Of a stretch of 64,000 bases of DNA, positions 13,632 to 26,870 are shown one piece after another. The stretch is from contig OX597815.1 of NCBI GenBank assembly GCA_951406725.2, positions 52,266,001 to 52,330,000 of the forward strand, in the 5' to 3' direction. The position numbers and the translations under genes are program-made. The number at the start of each line of letters is the position of its first letter. Position 1 is the stretch's first letter. The notes beneath the pieces were generated by a model that was not told the DNA's origin, made no database searches, and saw nothing but the letters and a program-made list of their open reading frames with translations. The DNA comes from Octopus vulgaris. Its lineage: Eukaryota.

Positions 13632-14440
13632 GAAGAGGAAGAGGGAGAAGACGAAGAAGAAGAAGAAGAAGAAGTAGAAGAGGAAGAGGGAGAAGACGAA
13701 GAAGAAGAAGTAGAAGAAGAAGAAGAAGATGAGGAAGTAGAAGACGAAGAGGGAGAAGACGAAGAAGAAGAGGGAGAAGACAAAGAAGTAGAAGAAGAAG
13801 AAGATGAGGAAGTAGAAGAGGAGGAGGGAGAAGACGAAGAAGAAGAAGAAGAAGAAAAAGAAGAGGAAGAAGAAGAGGGAGAAGACAAAGAAGAAGTAGA
13901 GGAAGAAGAAGAAGAAGATGAGGAAGTAGAAGAGGAAGAGGGAGAAGACGAAGAAGAAGAAGAAGAGGAAGTAGAAGCAGAAGAGGGAGAAGACGAAGAA
14001 GTAGAAGAAGAAGAAGAAGAAGAAGAAGATGAGGAAGTAGAAGATGAAGAGGGAGAAGACGAAGAAGTAGAAGACGAAGAAGAAGATGAGGAAGTAGAAG
14101 ATGAAGAGGGAGAAGACGAAGAAGTAGAAGACGAAGAAGAAGAAGATGAGGAAGTAGAAGATGAAGAGGGAGAAGACGAAGAAGTAGAAGAAGAAGAAGA
14201 AGAAGAAGAAGAAGAAGAAGAAGAAGATAGAAGAAGAAGAAGAAGAAGAGGAAGTAGAAGAGGAAGTTAAAGAGGAAGAGGATGGGGAAGATGAGGAAGT
14301 AGAAGCAGAAGAGGGAGAAGACGACGAAGAAGAAGAGGATGAGGAAGAAGATGAGGAAGTAGAAGCAGAAGAGGCAGAAGGAGAAGAAGAAGAAGAAGAA
14401 GAAGAAGAAGAAGAAGATGATGATGATGATGACAATGATG
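12420..14440. repeat. About 2-kb (GAA)n-based polypurine tract with higher-order units, flanked by (GAT)n
   Basis: Recurring GAGGGAGAAGAC and GATGAGGAAGTAGAAG blocks separated by variable (GAA)n. Confidence 0.95.
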
Positions 14441-15482
14441 ATGGATTATATACAATGTAGTATATTTTTTACTTAACATCTATACTACTGTTCCATAAGC
14501 AGATAGATATAGAATGATTGAACACATGCATATAAATTTTAGGTCTAGTTTTTCCACACTTACTACTACTACTACTATACAACATCTTTACTACTTCTTT
14601 CCCCACCACTCTAACCAATTACCCATCTTAGTCACTAATATTATTACACCATTCCACTTTTATCACTTGCACCACCACCACCACCATCACCATCTTCATC
14701 ATATCGTTGTCATTGTCATCATCATCATCATATTAATGTCCACTTTTCCATGCTTGTGTGGATCAAATGGAATTTGTTAAGGGAGATTTTTTTTTGTTCT
14801 GTTGTCAGATATCCTTCATGTCACCTCCCCAAATTTCCCTTGTTTCTAAGCAATGTAATATTTCTCCCTGACTAGATATGTTTTCACAGAAGGTCGGTTA
14901 ACAAATGACATTGCTCATGTCACAGGGATTCTTGTTTATGAATTTGTGTAATGAAGAATACTGGGGAAGGTTATGATTTTTGATAAACAAAATTTCATTC
15001 TTCTCATATACAAAACGGAAAGCAAATATTGTCATTACTACAAATGACAAAATCTCAAGAGAGTTATTGTTCTTGGTACAATTGTAACAGTAGTCAAAAG
15101 CTTAGTTGCTGGTCATTATATTGTCACTTATCATTCATTGTAGTTGTTATCAGCTTGGATCAGCAGCTTTCCATGTCTGTTCACCACATCTGTGGTCTTG
15201 TCTGGTCTCTGCTGTCTCTCAATGCTCTCTCTGCTGCATCCTAATGCTCTCTGGTGAAGTAGCCAAGGTGTGCTGAATTTGTACTGTTGGTTAGGCCCGG
15301 AGAAAGAAGTGAAATAATGGGACTGTTGCTGGAGCCAGCTCTAGGTGAAGATGTGATTGGTTGGTTAAACTTTCTTTTTATCATGTGGGTTATATTATAG
15401 TGAATTCCAAGATCGGGTGATTGCTGAATATTCCTACTACAAGAATCACACAATGTCAATACACTAACATACATGCACACAC

Positions 15483-15521
<39 letters not shown>

Positions 15522-15528
15522 TATAAAT

Positions 15529-16016
15529 AAGGATAAGATTGTTAATTTAAAATAAAATAACGAACTCATCAAGTGGTAAAAATAACCTTCAAAGGTAATA
15601 ATTATTAAAATTTAGAAATTAGGGTATCTACGAGATACCACCATGCTGAAAATAGCAGCCATGAACCGACTCTAAAACCACCTTAAGTTTTTCCATATAG
15701 CAACATGGAGAAAAGACTAAGAGACAAGATGAAATTAGTAAAATTACTGGATAATTCTAGGTCTCGGATTTCTAGCTTTGCCTCGTCAGTAGAATATACT
15801 AGTTTCATCGTGTCTCTTTGTCTTTTCTCCCTGTTGCTATATGGAAAAACTTAAGGTGTTTTAGAGTTGGTTCATGGCTGCTATTTTCAGCATGGTGGTA
15901 TCTCGTAGATACCATAATTTATAAATTTTAATAATCATTACATTTGAAGATTATTTTTACCATGCTGACCACTTGATGAGTTTATTATTTTATTTTAAAT
16001 TAACGATCTTATCCTT
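15529..16016. mobile_element. Inverted PLE-type terminal repeat pair (about 15529-15740 and 15797-16016), third partial copy 16213-16360
   Basis: Arms are reverse complements; the spacer holds a hammerhead-like motif on the minus strand. Confidence 0.8.
15754..15795 (-). ncRNA. Hammerhead-like motif, cleavage triplet mutated
   Basis: attcta-CTGACGA-ggc.aaa.gct.a-GAAAT-ccgag-ACC-tagaat; perfect 6-bp stem I. Confidence 0.55.
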
Positions 16017-16213
16017 CATCATCATCATCATCATCATCATCATTTAGCGTCCGCTTTCCATGCTAGCATGGGTTGGACGGTTCAACTGGGGTCTGTGAAG
16101 CCAGAAGGCTGCATCAGGCCCAGTCTGATCTGGCAGTGTTTCTACGGCTGGATGCCCTTCCTAACACCAACCACTCCGTGAGTGTAGTGGGTACTTTTTA
16201 CGTGCCACCTGCA
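16017..16213 (-). mobile_element. RTE-type 3' tail repeat
   Basis: (CAT)n-TTAGCGTCCGCTTTCCATGCTAGCATGGGTTGGACGG...GGATGCCCTTCCTAAC. Confidence 0.8.
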
Positions 16214-16629
16214 CGTCAGTAGAATATACTAGTTTCATCGTGTCTCTTTGTCTTTTCTCCATGTTGCTATATGGAAAAACTTAAGGTGTTTTAGAGTCGG
16301 TTCATGGCTGCTATTTTCAGCATGGTGATATCTCGTAAATACCCTAATTTATAAATTTTAAATATATATATATGACAGGCTTTCTCTAGGTTCTTCCATT
16401 CACAAAGCCTTGGTTGGGCTGGATCAGTTAAACAAGATGCTTGCCAAAGGGGCTGCACAACAGAACTGAGTCCCAAACTGTGTAGTTGGGAGACAAATTT
16501 CTTAACCACACAGTCATGCCTATGTATGAGGGACACATGTGGTCATCCTTTATTTAAAACAAAAAAAGGTGTGGTTATTTTTTAGGTATTCCACAGGGTG
16601 AATAAATAAACAGACTCCATCTTTGACTC

Positions 16630-17220
16630 AAGAAGATGATGCTGATAGCAGTTGTGATGTAATCATGATGGTTATAGTAGTGGCAATAATGATGGCTATG
16701 ATGATGGTAGTGATGACGGTAGCAACAATGTAATGATGAAGATGATGATGTTGATGGTGGTGGTGGTGGTGGTGGTGGTGATAGTGGTGGTTGTGGTGAT
16801 GGGGATGGTACTGAATGGTGGTGGTGGAGGTGACAACAGCAATGATAGTAATGATGATACTGATGATGATGACAGTGGTGGTGGTGGTGGTGGTGATGGT
16901 GGTTGTGATGGTGGTGATAGTGGTTAATGGTGGTGGTGGTAATGGTGGTGGTGGTAATGGTGGTGGAAGGGGTAGCAATGCTATGATAATAATGATGGCA
17001 CTGATAATGAAGATGAAGATGCTGATGTCAATGAATGAGTTGATGGCAATGATGATGCAATGAAACACTATTGATGGTGATGCTTCTACTGCTGCTGTTC
17101 ATGATGAAGATGATGATAATGATAAATATGATGATGATGATGGCAATAATGACAATGATGATGATGATTGAGATAGTGATGATGATGATGATGATGATGA
17201 TGATGTTGATGATGGTTGCT
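16630..17220. repeat. Degenerate (GAT)n/(GGT)n microsatellite
   Basis: Directly visible. Confidence 0.9.
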
Positions 17221-17814
17221 GTATACAAAACTCTGCTGATGGGTTCCATAGCAATGTGGGGAAGTGGTAGAAGTGGTGAATGATATTGATTTCTGAGTAG
17301 TTAGGCATTCTCTCTAGAGCTCTGCTTCAAGTGGCATTATTGGAAAATTCTGTGTCTGTCTCACAGAAATAACTTGCCCGATGCCTGTCCAACCTATTTT
17401 ATGAAGTCATTTATAGAACAATCATGAACCTGTTGCTATCCTAAGTTATTCTTGCCATTCATTCTTTCTGATTGATGCTGAGCTTAAATATACATTTTAC
17501 ACTAATGGGTTCTGGAATTATGCTGTCTTATACTGAATTTTAAAAGAAAATAACTCTGAGATGTCCATTTTTTATTTTACTAATCATAACTAATGATGTA
17601 TCTTTATAATATATCCTAAACCAAATTATACAATTTCTTATATATATTATATATTTTACAGTGAGGAAGATATATGTTTTGACCTACATTGCTCCTTTCC
17701 TGTACTGTATTAACTCCTACATAACTATGACATAAAGAAAAGCATATCCTGGATACACTGGGCGTGAAAATAAGAGGTATGGTCATGGTTAGAAATCCTT
17801 AGAGCTTATATCTA

Positions 17815-18045
17815 TTTTTATATTGCCCACAGGGGGTCTAAACATAGAGGGGACAAACAAGGACAGACAAAGGGATTAAGTCAATTACATTGACCCCAGC
17901 GTGTAACTGGTACTTATTTAATCAGCCCTAAAATGATGAACGGCAAAGTCGACCTCAGTGGAATTTGAACTCAGAATGTAACGGCAGGCGAAATACTGCC
18001 AAGCATTTTGCCAGGCATGCTAATGATTCTGCCAGCTAGCCACCC
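17815..18045 (-). mobile_element. SINE family B (Nin/Deu-domain-like)
   Basis: Reverse complement of 18900-19118. Confidence 0.85.
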
Positions 18046-18899
18046 CTTGAGTTTATATCAGCTTGATCAAGGCTGACCTGAGGTTAAACAAAAACAGTTA
18101 AAAAATTTTCTGAGAATTGCTTGTTTGGCAGAAAACTTGAAATACAGCGAAAATAATTGACTATAACTCTTCATCATCATCATCATCATCAACATCATCA
18201 CCATCATCGCCGTGACTACTTTTCCATGCTGGCATGGGTTAGATGAGACCTACCAAAGCAGTATTCCATGGCTGAATGCTCTTCTTGTTACCAACCCTTA
18301 TATATTTCTCCAGTAAAAATTTTTTATTCCTTGAAACCAATAAAACTGCTTAGTTGCATTGGTTATAGGAGATGCAGACAAGAATCACTAATAAAAGATT
18401 ACATGGAAAAACACTTACACACACATGCACACATACTGAGCTACCAAATTTCCTCCTCAAGGCATTTCCTGGTCCAAGGCTATAATAGAAGACACTTGCC
18501 CAAGATGCCACACAGTGGAATTGAACCCAGAAATATGTGGTTGCAAAGCAAACTGAGCAACCACACAACCATGCAAACTGCATCTACCCATGCCTGCAAC
18601 TTAACATTATAGTAAATACAAATGTTCCTGCTTTTGTTATGCTTGATTGCAGTTGTTATCATTATTGTTGTTGATGATGAATGATGAACAAATACCAAAA
18701 AGTTAAATCTGATTCTTAATAAGAAAATGAATATTCAAAGCTGTTTGTTGCTATTATAATTACAGTAAACTCTGTGACTGTTGCTCCGACATAAGACCTG
18801 ACTGCATGATTGAATAATTCCCTTTCACATCAAATATTGGCTTCATTCTACACAAGTGAAGAATCATCTATAAGAAAAAATTTCTAGGTGTAGCTGTGT

Positions 18900-19118
18900 G
18901 GTGGCGAGCTGGCAGAAACGTTAGCACGCTGGGCGAAATGCATAGCCGTATTTCGTCTGCCGTTACGTTCTGAGTTCAAATTCCGCCGAGGTCGACTTTG
19001 CCTTTCATCCTTTCGGGGTCGATAAATTAAGTACCAGTTACGCACTGGGGTCGATATAATCGACTTAATCCATTTGTCTTCTCTGTGTGTAGTCCCTTGT
19101 GGGCAGTAAAGAAATAAG
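18900..19118 (+). mobile_element. Young SINE family B nested in the head of a family A SINE (18887-19400)
   Basis: GGCGAGCTGGCAGAAACGTTAGC...GAGTTCAAATTCC...GCCTTTCATCCTTTCGGGGTCGATAAATTAAGTACCAG, CpGs retained; host reads GCTGTGTGGT|AAGAAGCTTGCTT across the insert. Confidence 0.9.
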
Positions 19119-19822
19119 AAGCTTGCTTCTCCATCACATAGTTTGGTTCAAGGTTCAGTCCCACTGTGTGGCACTTTAGGCATGTGTCTTCTACTATAGC
19201 CTGGCACTGATGAAAGCCTTGTGAGTGGATTTGGTAAATGGAAGCTAAAAGAATATATATGTGTGTGTCTTTGTGTCTATGTTTGTCCTCCACCACTGCT
19301 AGACAACCAGTGTTGGTGTGTTTATGTGCCAGTAACTTAGAAGTTCAGCAAAAGAAACTGATAGAATGAGTAGTAGGCTTAACAAAAAGTAAGTATTGGG
19401 GTACTTTCTAAGCAAATGCAATTTAGTGAATGCAAATTCACTTTACAGTTTCATTTCATTTCATCCTGTGTAAACTTAAATACAACTGTGATGAACTTAA
19501 TTTCAACCTAAGTTTATAAATAACATTTTTATAATTATCCAGAGGCTATACTGATGAGTTGATGCATTGAAAAATGCGTCTACATACAATTTAAAAGAAC
19601 TAGATTCTAACTGACACTTTACAATTGATATCATATGTTACAATAAATATTACATAATTACCTCTTTCTTAGAAGAAGAATAAAGCTTATCTATACTGCT
19701 ACCATGTGAATAACAAAAAAAAAAGAACAACTTGAATGAAATAACAGTACTCTAATAGGCATATAATTCAATTATGTGTGTGTGTGTGTATATATATCTA
19801 TATATTTATTTATTTATTCTAA

Positions 19823-19865
<43 letters not shown>

Positions 19866-19949
19866 GTACTGTTCCATGATAGAAAATTCAACAAAAAAAG
19901 TACTCCATCCAATGAGTGATAAATATTATTTAAAGGTCACAATACATGT

Positions 19950-21075
19950 AATAAAGTGCTACTAATAGTTTCACATATTGAGAAAAAACAAACATATTCG
20001 TCAGGTGCAAACCACATATCATAAATCATAACAAAATAAAAAATTGAATAAATAGAAGAAACGCAATGAAGACGAGAAGGCAGCATATAGAAAAATCAGA
20101 AAGTAAACAACAGAAAATGGAAACACAAAAACTAAAATGTAAAAATTGAAAAGTAAAAAGTAGAAAACTAAAAGAGCTATCCTCCTTAGACCTCAAATGA
20201 AAAAGCTGGAAAGTTATCAAGTCAGTCAGGAATTGATGGAATTTTCCAATTCTTTATAATATATTTATACATATGCATGCAACCACTGAAAATTTCTGAC
20301 ATGGAGTTGAATAGAGAGTTAGGGATCTTAGATCTGAACAGGACCTGTACTCTTTCATCCAAACAAAGTCTACATTTATTCGATCCATTCACATAAGGTA
20401 TGGATTTCTCAATTACTTTCAATTTAATCACATGTGATATTTTGTTATCTTTCAAAGTCCATACGTTGCTAGCCAACTTAGTAGCTTTACTTTTGTCTCT
20501 TTGTTGGAAGAAGGCTATGTGATTGGCATAGCAATTTTTAAATTAACCTTCACATAATCCAATATAGGTCTTCTTATCAGTTGAATTATTATTTAGGGTT
20601 TCAGTAACTTTTGCCTCATATATGATAGATTTTATCATTCATCATTAGTCAAGTAGACAGGATCCTGGGTCATGACTGCTGCAACTGGATTTAGGATTTT
20701 GGTATTGACTACATGTAATGATACTCTTCATATTGGGGCAGCAGCTATATGATAATTTCACAGAATGCCTATCAAGTATTTTCCTTCATCTGTGAGTTGC
20801 TGGAAAGTGTTTGTCTAGGAGAGACAGGTATCTTTTACCTATGTTAGTTTTCATATTAAGGGAAAAGGGAGGAGTGAACCTAACAATTTTTCTTGGCCTA
20901 TTTTTAGGTCTCTTATTATTATTATTCTGATTAATACTGGAATGGTTATGTATTACTTTATCTTTGATGCTCCTAGATCTATTATTAATATTTTGATTAT
21001 TATTAGAGGGATTATATATTAATTTATCATTGATGTCACTGATGGCTAGGGCCTTGTTATAATAGGGGTCAGCTT
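19950..21075 (-). mobile_element. Penelope-like element 3' part: linker, GIY-YIG endonuclease and terminal repeat with degenerate hammerhead (19956-20008)
   Basis: [30 protein letters not shown]...KLSYSCCPN; YIG motif near 20560; VWTLK...PY.NGSNKCRLCLDE...NSMSEIFSGCMH; downstream CTGACGA...GAAAC.tatta.GTA. Confidence 0.88.
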
Positions 21076-21475
21076 TCTTGTTTCTACTTGTAGCTTTGTC
21101 ATAATTCTTTTGCTCCTTTGTTTATAGTATTTATATGTTGGGGTTTACTTTTTGTCATGCAGTTATTGAGGAGTTTTTGGTATATATATTTCGAATAGGA
21201 TATATCTTACATGTTTTCTACTACATGTAGAATTTTGTTACTCTTATTAGTAAATGAAACAATCCCTTGTTTTGATATGCATGTTTATATATATATACAT
21301 ATACATAAATGGAATTTAACACAGGTGTAATTTAAATACTTTTACTTCCGACACAGGTTTACTTGTGTGATTTTTTGCTATCCTGGTAACTATTTATCTA
21401 TTTTTTCTGTGTTAATTGTTAACAACGGAAAAATACACACATCTATTTATATATATATATGTGTGTGTGTATGCA

Positions 21476-21509
<34 letters not shown>

Positions 21510-23037
21510 AATATATGTATTTGAATAAAAGAAGGGTAACAATACTGCTTGCCAAAAACGAAAGCTTTAAAAACCACCAATTCTACAATAAATACATACA
21601 CGAGCAATGCAATGAGCACTTCAAAACTTAGCCACATGACCACGAAATACAATTCACAATATTAAACATTCCTAAACTGTTCCATTGATAAATATATCTT
21701 TAATTTGTAGTGAAATTCAAATCCTCTGCCAATAAACAGCTAAGTGTTTAAAGATATCTTAATGTTGACCAAATCAAAATTCACATCAACATTATGATAT
21801 ATTTAAAAACAAACTTGACAAGAACAACAAAAAAAAAAAAGGAATCCAACTTTAATTAGAATAACTGGTACAATCAGTAAATATACAAGCAAAGGAACTC
21901 AAACAATGGAACAAATTAAAAAGTTTCATCAGGCCTAGTAAATAATCAACAAAGAGACAAGAATAACAGCCATTCAGTAGATCATAGATTAAACACAGGC
22001 AAGTGACCATCTTTTCAATTTCAGACACAAGGTATGGATCACCCTGAGGGTATAGAAAATGACAGAAGTCTAAAATGCCTTGCTCTGAGATTGAATCTGA
22101 GACTTCATAGTTGCAAAGCAAACTTCTTTCCTATTCAGTCATACTGTGCTTATCAAATATATACATGTGTGTGTGTATGTGTACATGCATGCGTGTGTGT
22201 GAGTGTGTGTGTGAGTGTGTGTGTGTGTCTGTGTGTGTGCATATAGAATGACAGATATAAGAAAGATAGCAGATATAAGAAAGATTTTGATTTGCTGCAA
22301 CTTTCTTTTACTTCATCAGCAATAAGAATCGTGAGATTCTGTGCTTAAAATCTCATTTGCTTTTTGAATATGTTTAAAAGCATCATTGATCCTTTTGAAA
22401 GAAAAGGAATAAACATGTATCGCTGTTACTATTGTTAAAACTTCTTCTCCTGCATTTTCATAATATTTGCGTGAACTGATAATAAATTTATTCAAAAGTT
22501 TTAAGATGAAAGAGGAGCAGATAGAAAGTGAAAACAGTATGCATGTATAACATCAACATGCATACCAACTGAATGACTGAAGGAATAAAAGAACACTCAT
22601 ACACATGCTGTGAGATACATTGCGGTAATTAAACTTTGAAAGCAGTCATTATGAATGTTTAGCATGTATTTTATGACATTAACTGTGAAATTTTTATTTT
22701 TATAACTTAAAAAAAAAAAAGGAAATAATAATAATATCATTGAAATGGGATATCATTAAGGGGGAGAATTGTACACATGCATGCATACACACACATACGC
22801 ACACATGTGCGTGCACACACATATGCATACACATGAAGATACATGTGTATATAGCCCCATGCCGGCATGGGAATCAACTGTAAAATAGTGATAGTGATAA
22901 TGGTGGTGGTGTAGATGATGATAATGATGATGATGATGATGCAGGTGATGAGGATGTGTGTGTACATCTGCATGATTGTGTGTGTGTGTATATATATAAA
23001 GATAATGTACAAGTATCTATTAATCTGTCTGTCTTTG

Positions 23038-23082
<45 letters not shown>

Positions 23083-23644
23083 ATATATATATATATACAT
23101 GCACACATATATGTGTGTGTGTGCATCTTTGTGTATTTTATAAATCCATTTTGCCAACCTATATCAGTTGTTGCTATAATAAAATATCTGAATCACACCC
23201 TATTTTTCTAAATATCGATTAACTTCCACTCAAGTATGATATATCCTAAATCATATTATCCATTTCCCTATGATACATCAGATTCAAAAATGATATATTT
23301 AAATCACATTGCTTATTTCCTAAAATACATAAATCAACTCCATAAAATACTAATGATGCATCTAAATCATATCAATTTCGTTTTTTTTCCACCTAATGCA
23401 TCATCTGCAGATGTACATTTGCATAATCTGTCTGGGATAGATCAAAATCATGGCATCCAAAAATGGCTTTGTTTATCTTTCTTTATGTCCCATAAGTTAG
23501 CAGTTCAAATAATGAAAAATAGATAAAAATAAGTTCCAGACACAAAAACAAGTATTGGGATCGATGTGGTCAACTATATGTTTGAAGGAGGTGCCCTCGC
23601 ATGGCTGCAGTCCAGTGACTGAAACCAATATAAAAATATTCTAT

Positions 23645-23692
<48 letters not shown>

Positions 23693-23722
23693 AGATATGT
23701 ATATCCACGTGCATGCACACAC

Positions 23723-23767
<45 letters not shown>

Positions 23768-23768
23768 C

Positions 23769-23800
<32 letters not shown>

Positions 23801-23934
23801 ATATTTATATAAATGTATATATTAATATTTAGCAGAAGCAATACTACACTATATCTTACCTGATTTGATAAGTGCCAACAAATAAAATTCTTGGCCATTG
23901 AGTTGAGTCACTCTATTGCTTTTGCTAAATATTA

Positions 23935-23974
<40 letters not shown>

Positions 23975-23996
23975 TAGATAGATAGATAGATAGATA

Positions 23997-24150
23997 TGGG
24001 CGCAGGAGTGGCTGAGTGGGAAGTAGCTTGCTTATCAACCACATGGTTCTGGATTCAGTCCCAGCAAGTGTCTTCTACTATAGCCTCGGGCCAACCAAAG
24101 CCCTTGTGAGTGGATTTGGTAGATAGAAATTAAAAGTAGCCTGTCGTATA
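23997..24150 (+). mobile_element. SINE family A, 5' part
   Basis: GGCGCAGGAGTGGCTG...CAAGTGTCTTCTACTATAGCCTCGGGCC. Confidence 0.85.
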
Positions 24151-24173
24151 TCTATAGCTATCTATCTATCTAA

Positions 24174-24214
<41 letters not shown>

Positions 24215-24978
24215 TAATAGTTGTTGCCAAGCTAATATGGCAGTCCAGAAATATTGGATGAATGCTGCCATTGATTAGCTCCAAGAAGCCATCGCCTCTA
24301 GCTAGCTATGTGACACACAAACCTGTGTCCATTATAACCTTCGAACAGGGGAGGTCAACCGCTTCTCCTTGCTGGTCAGGCATCTGCAGACTAGTTTCAG
24401 GGTATTTGCCCCTTATCAATGCAGAGCAGCCGAACCCAACAGGCGTCCCTTCTAACCGTCTTTTCAAAGGATTATTTACCTAAATTCAGTGGAAGACATC
24501 CACTGGTTTTTCAAAAATAGAAATATTAAAATTTCTAAGTCTCTTGAAAGGAGACTACAGCAGCGGTACTGGATATGAATAGTTATTATCAAGCTTATAT
24601 GGCAGTCCAGAAATATAGGATGAATGCTGCTGTTGATTAGCTCCAAGAGGCCAACACCTCTAGCTGACCAAAATGTTGAGAAAGGCGACTGAGGTATCGG
24701 AAATAGTGCAGGAGAAGTGGAGGGAAGGATGGAAAGATTTGACGAAAGAGAGGAAGGAGTGGATATGTTCACGGGAGAGTGAGATTATGGCGATACAGTC
24801 ATCAATATAATGACTGTATAGTTCAAGAGTGGGACCAGTGAAACTTAAGAATATTTGGACCTCAACGTAGCCAACAAACAGGTTCACATAGTTGGAGCTC
24901 ATTCTTGTTCCCATGGTCACTCCTGAGATCTGCTGGTAAAAATCACCCATGAACGAGAAGCAGTTAAGTGTGAGGACA
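24215..24978 (-). mobile_element. Penelope-like element: RT fragment (24660-24978) joined to a partially duplicated terminal repeat
   Basis: FYQQISGVTMGTRM..NY.NLFVG..E...YIDD...FHPSL.F...S...AFL; direct repeat 24215-24305/24577-24665. Confidence 0.9.
24383..24425 (-). ncRNA. Hammerhead motif with two core transitions
   Basis: tctgca-TTGATAA-gggg.caaata.ccct-GAAAC-ta-GTC-tgcaga; perfect stem I, palindromic ACTAGT stem III. Confidence 0.65.
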
Positions 24979-25099
24979 TATATATATCTATCTGTCTATC
25001 TATTTATATATCTGTATATCTACAGGTGTAGCTTTGTGGTTAAGAAGTTTGACACCCATCCTCATACTTTGTGGATGAGTATGTATATATAGGTATGTA

Positions 25100-26823
25100 C
25101 AGTACCATGGAAAAGTCCTCGGCCACTTTAAACTATTGTGAATTTTCAACAATTGCCAACTTATGAGTGAATGTTTTGCATTGCATTTTTTACAAATGAA
25201 ACATTGGCCCTGTTGGAGTCATTTCCATACCTAATCCTTATATTTTGTAGTAGGGGTTCTGAATGAGAGGAGAAGATGTGAGACAACCACCAAAAATGGC
25301 AATGCAAAAGATTTCAGCCACCTGACATAAACCAATCAAGATACAGAGTTTTAAAACAAAAAAAGTGTCTATAATGAAAATTCATTACATAATGTTTATT
25401 TCAAGAAGTTACTGTACATTGCTAATATTTCATGAGGCTTCCCTTAGCTTGAATAATTGCTTCAATGTGCCTGGGAAGAGATGTGCACAAATTCTTCATC
25501 TTCACAGGTATGAGATACCATTCTCTGTGGATGAGTTCCCACAACTCTTCAAGATTGCGTGGATATTTTTCTGTTTTATCAGGTTGAGTTAGCAACGTTT
25601 TGAACCATGAAGAATTTGTACCGGAGTTTGAATATTTTTAAAACATTTTTTGCAGTTATCTGATATTAGAGATGTAGACTTGCCCAAATGCTTCAATAAA
25701 TTAACATTGACATTTTTGTTACTATTGTTACAATCATCGTAAATAGAACTGTCAAAGTGCAATATTCGTGTAATTTTGCCATGACATAAAGCAGCTGAAA
25801 TTGCTCATGATATCAACGAAACATTTGGTGATGAAATGACTAGTAAGTGGTCTGCTCAAAAATGATTTAAATGATTTCACGTGGAGACCTGAGCCTTGAA
25901 GATCATGATCATAGTGGACACCCATCTGTCATTAATGACAGTCAATTAAAGACTCATTGAGAAAGATCCATGTAAAACCACTCGAAAACTGGCAAAAGAA
26001 CTTCAAGTTAGCCAGAAAACTGCTTGCAACCATTTGCATGTGATTGGAAAATCAAAAAAGCTTGACAAATGAGTACCACACAATTTGAATGAAAGTCAAG
26101 AAATGCACAGATATGAAATTTGTTCATCGCTTCTCTGTAAGTAGACAGATCCATTTCTCAACTGTATTGTAACTTGCAATGAAAAGTGGATTCTGTACAA
26201 TAATAAAAAACGTTCTTTGCAGTGGCTGGACCAAAATGAAACACCGAAAACCTTCCCTAAACTCAAGCTCTTCAAAAAGGTTATGGTAACTGTTTGGTGG
26301 TGTACTGCTGGATTCATCCACTGCAACTTCTTAAAACCTGGAAAAACCATTACTGCAGAAACATATTGCCATGAAATTGCCAAAAAGGGTTGAAAAACTG
26401 CTACAACTCTGTCCCAGACTGGTCAACAGAAGAGAACCAATCATTCTTCTTGACAATGTTTGACTGCCTGTTTCCCTAATGATGTTCCAGAAGTTGAGGG
26501 ACCCTGGCTGGGAAGTTCTTCCCTACCCAGCTTATTCTCCAGACCTTTCTCCTACCAACTACCACTTTTTCAAGCACCTTGATGGTTTCCAGCAAGAGAA
26601 GGAGTTCAAAAATCAAACTGATGCTGAAAGTGCATTCAAAGAGTTCATCATCTCGAGAACTCCAGATCTTTATGTTAGTGGAATAAATAAACTTGTAACT
26701 CATTGGCAGAAATGTGTTGATTGTAATGGTACTTATTTTGATGAATAAAATTTCCACATTGTTGAAATATATTGTGATGAATTTCATGTTTCAAAATGTT
26801 GCTTACTTTTTACTCAGCCTGAT

Positions 26824-26870
<47 letters not shown>

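Noticed and set aside
12408-14435. 675-aa, 452-aa and acidic 116-aa ORFs
   Set aside because: Translations of the GAA/TTC tract; homopolymeric, with frame shifts and no splice or domain evidence.
19547-19585. CTGATGA...GAAAAATGCGTC hammerhead (similar case at 22295-22325)
   Set aside because: Stems pair poorly; possibly relics but not supportable.
21530-21830. Possible PLE RT N-terminal remnant
   Set aside because: Only faint motif resemblance.
25745-26748. SETMAR-like domesticated gene
   Set aside because: Multiple stops and frameshifts, intact TIRs and no SET domain.
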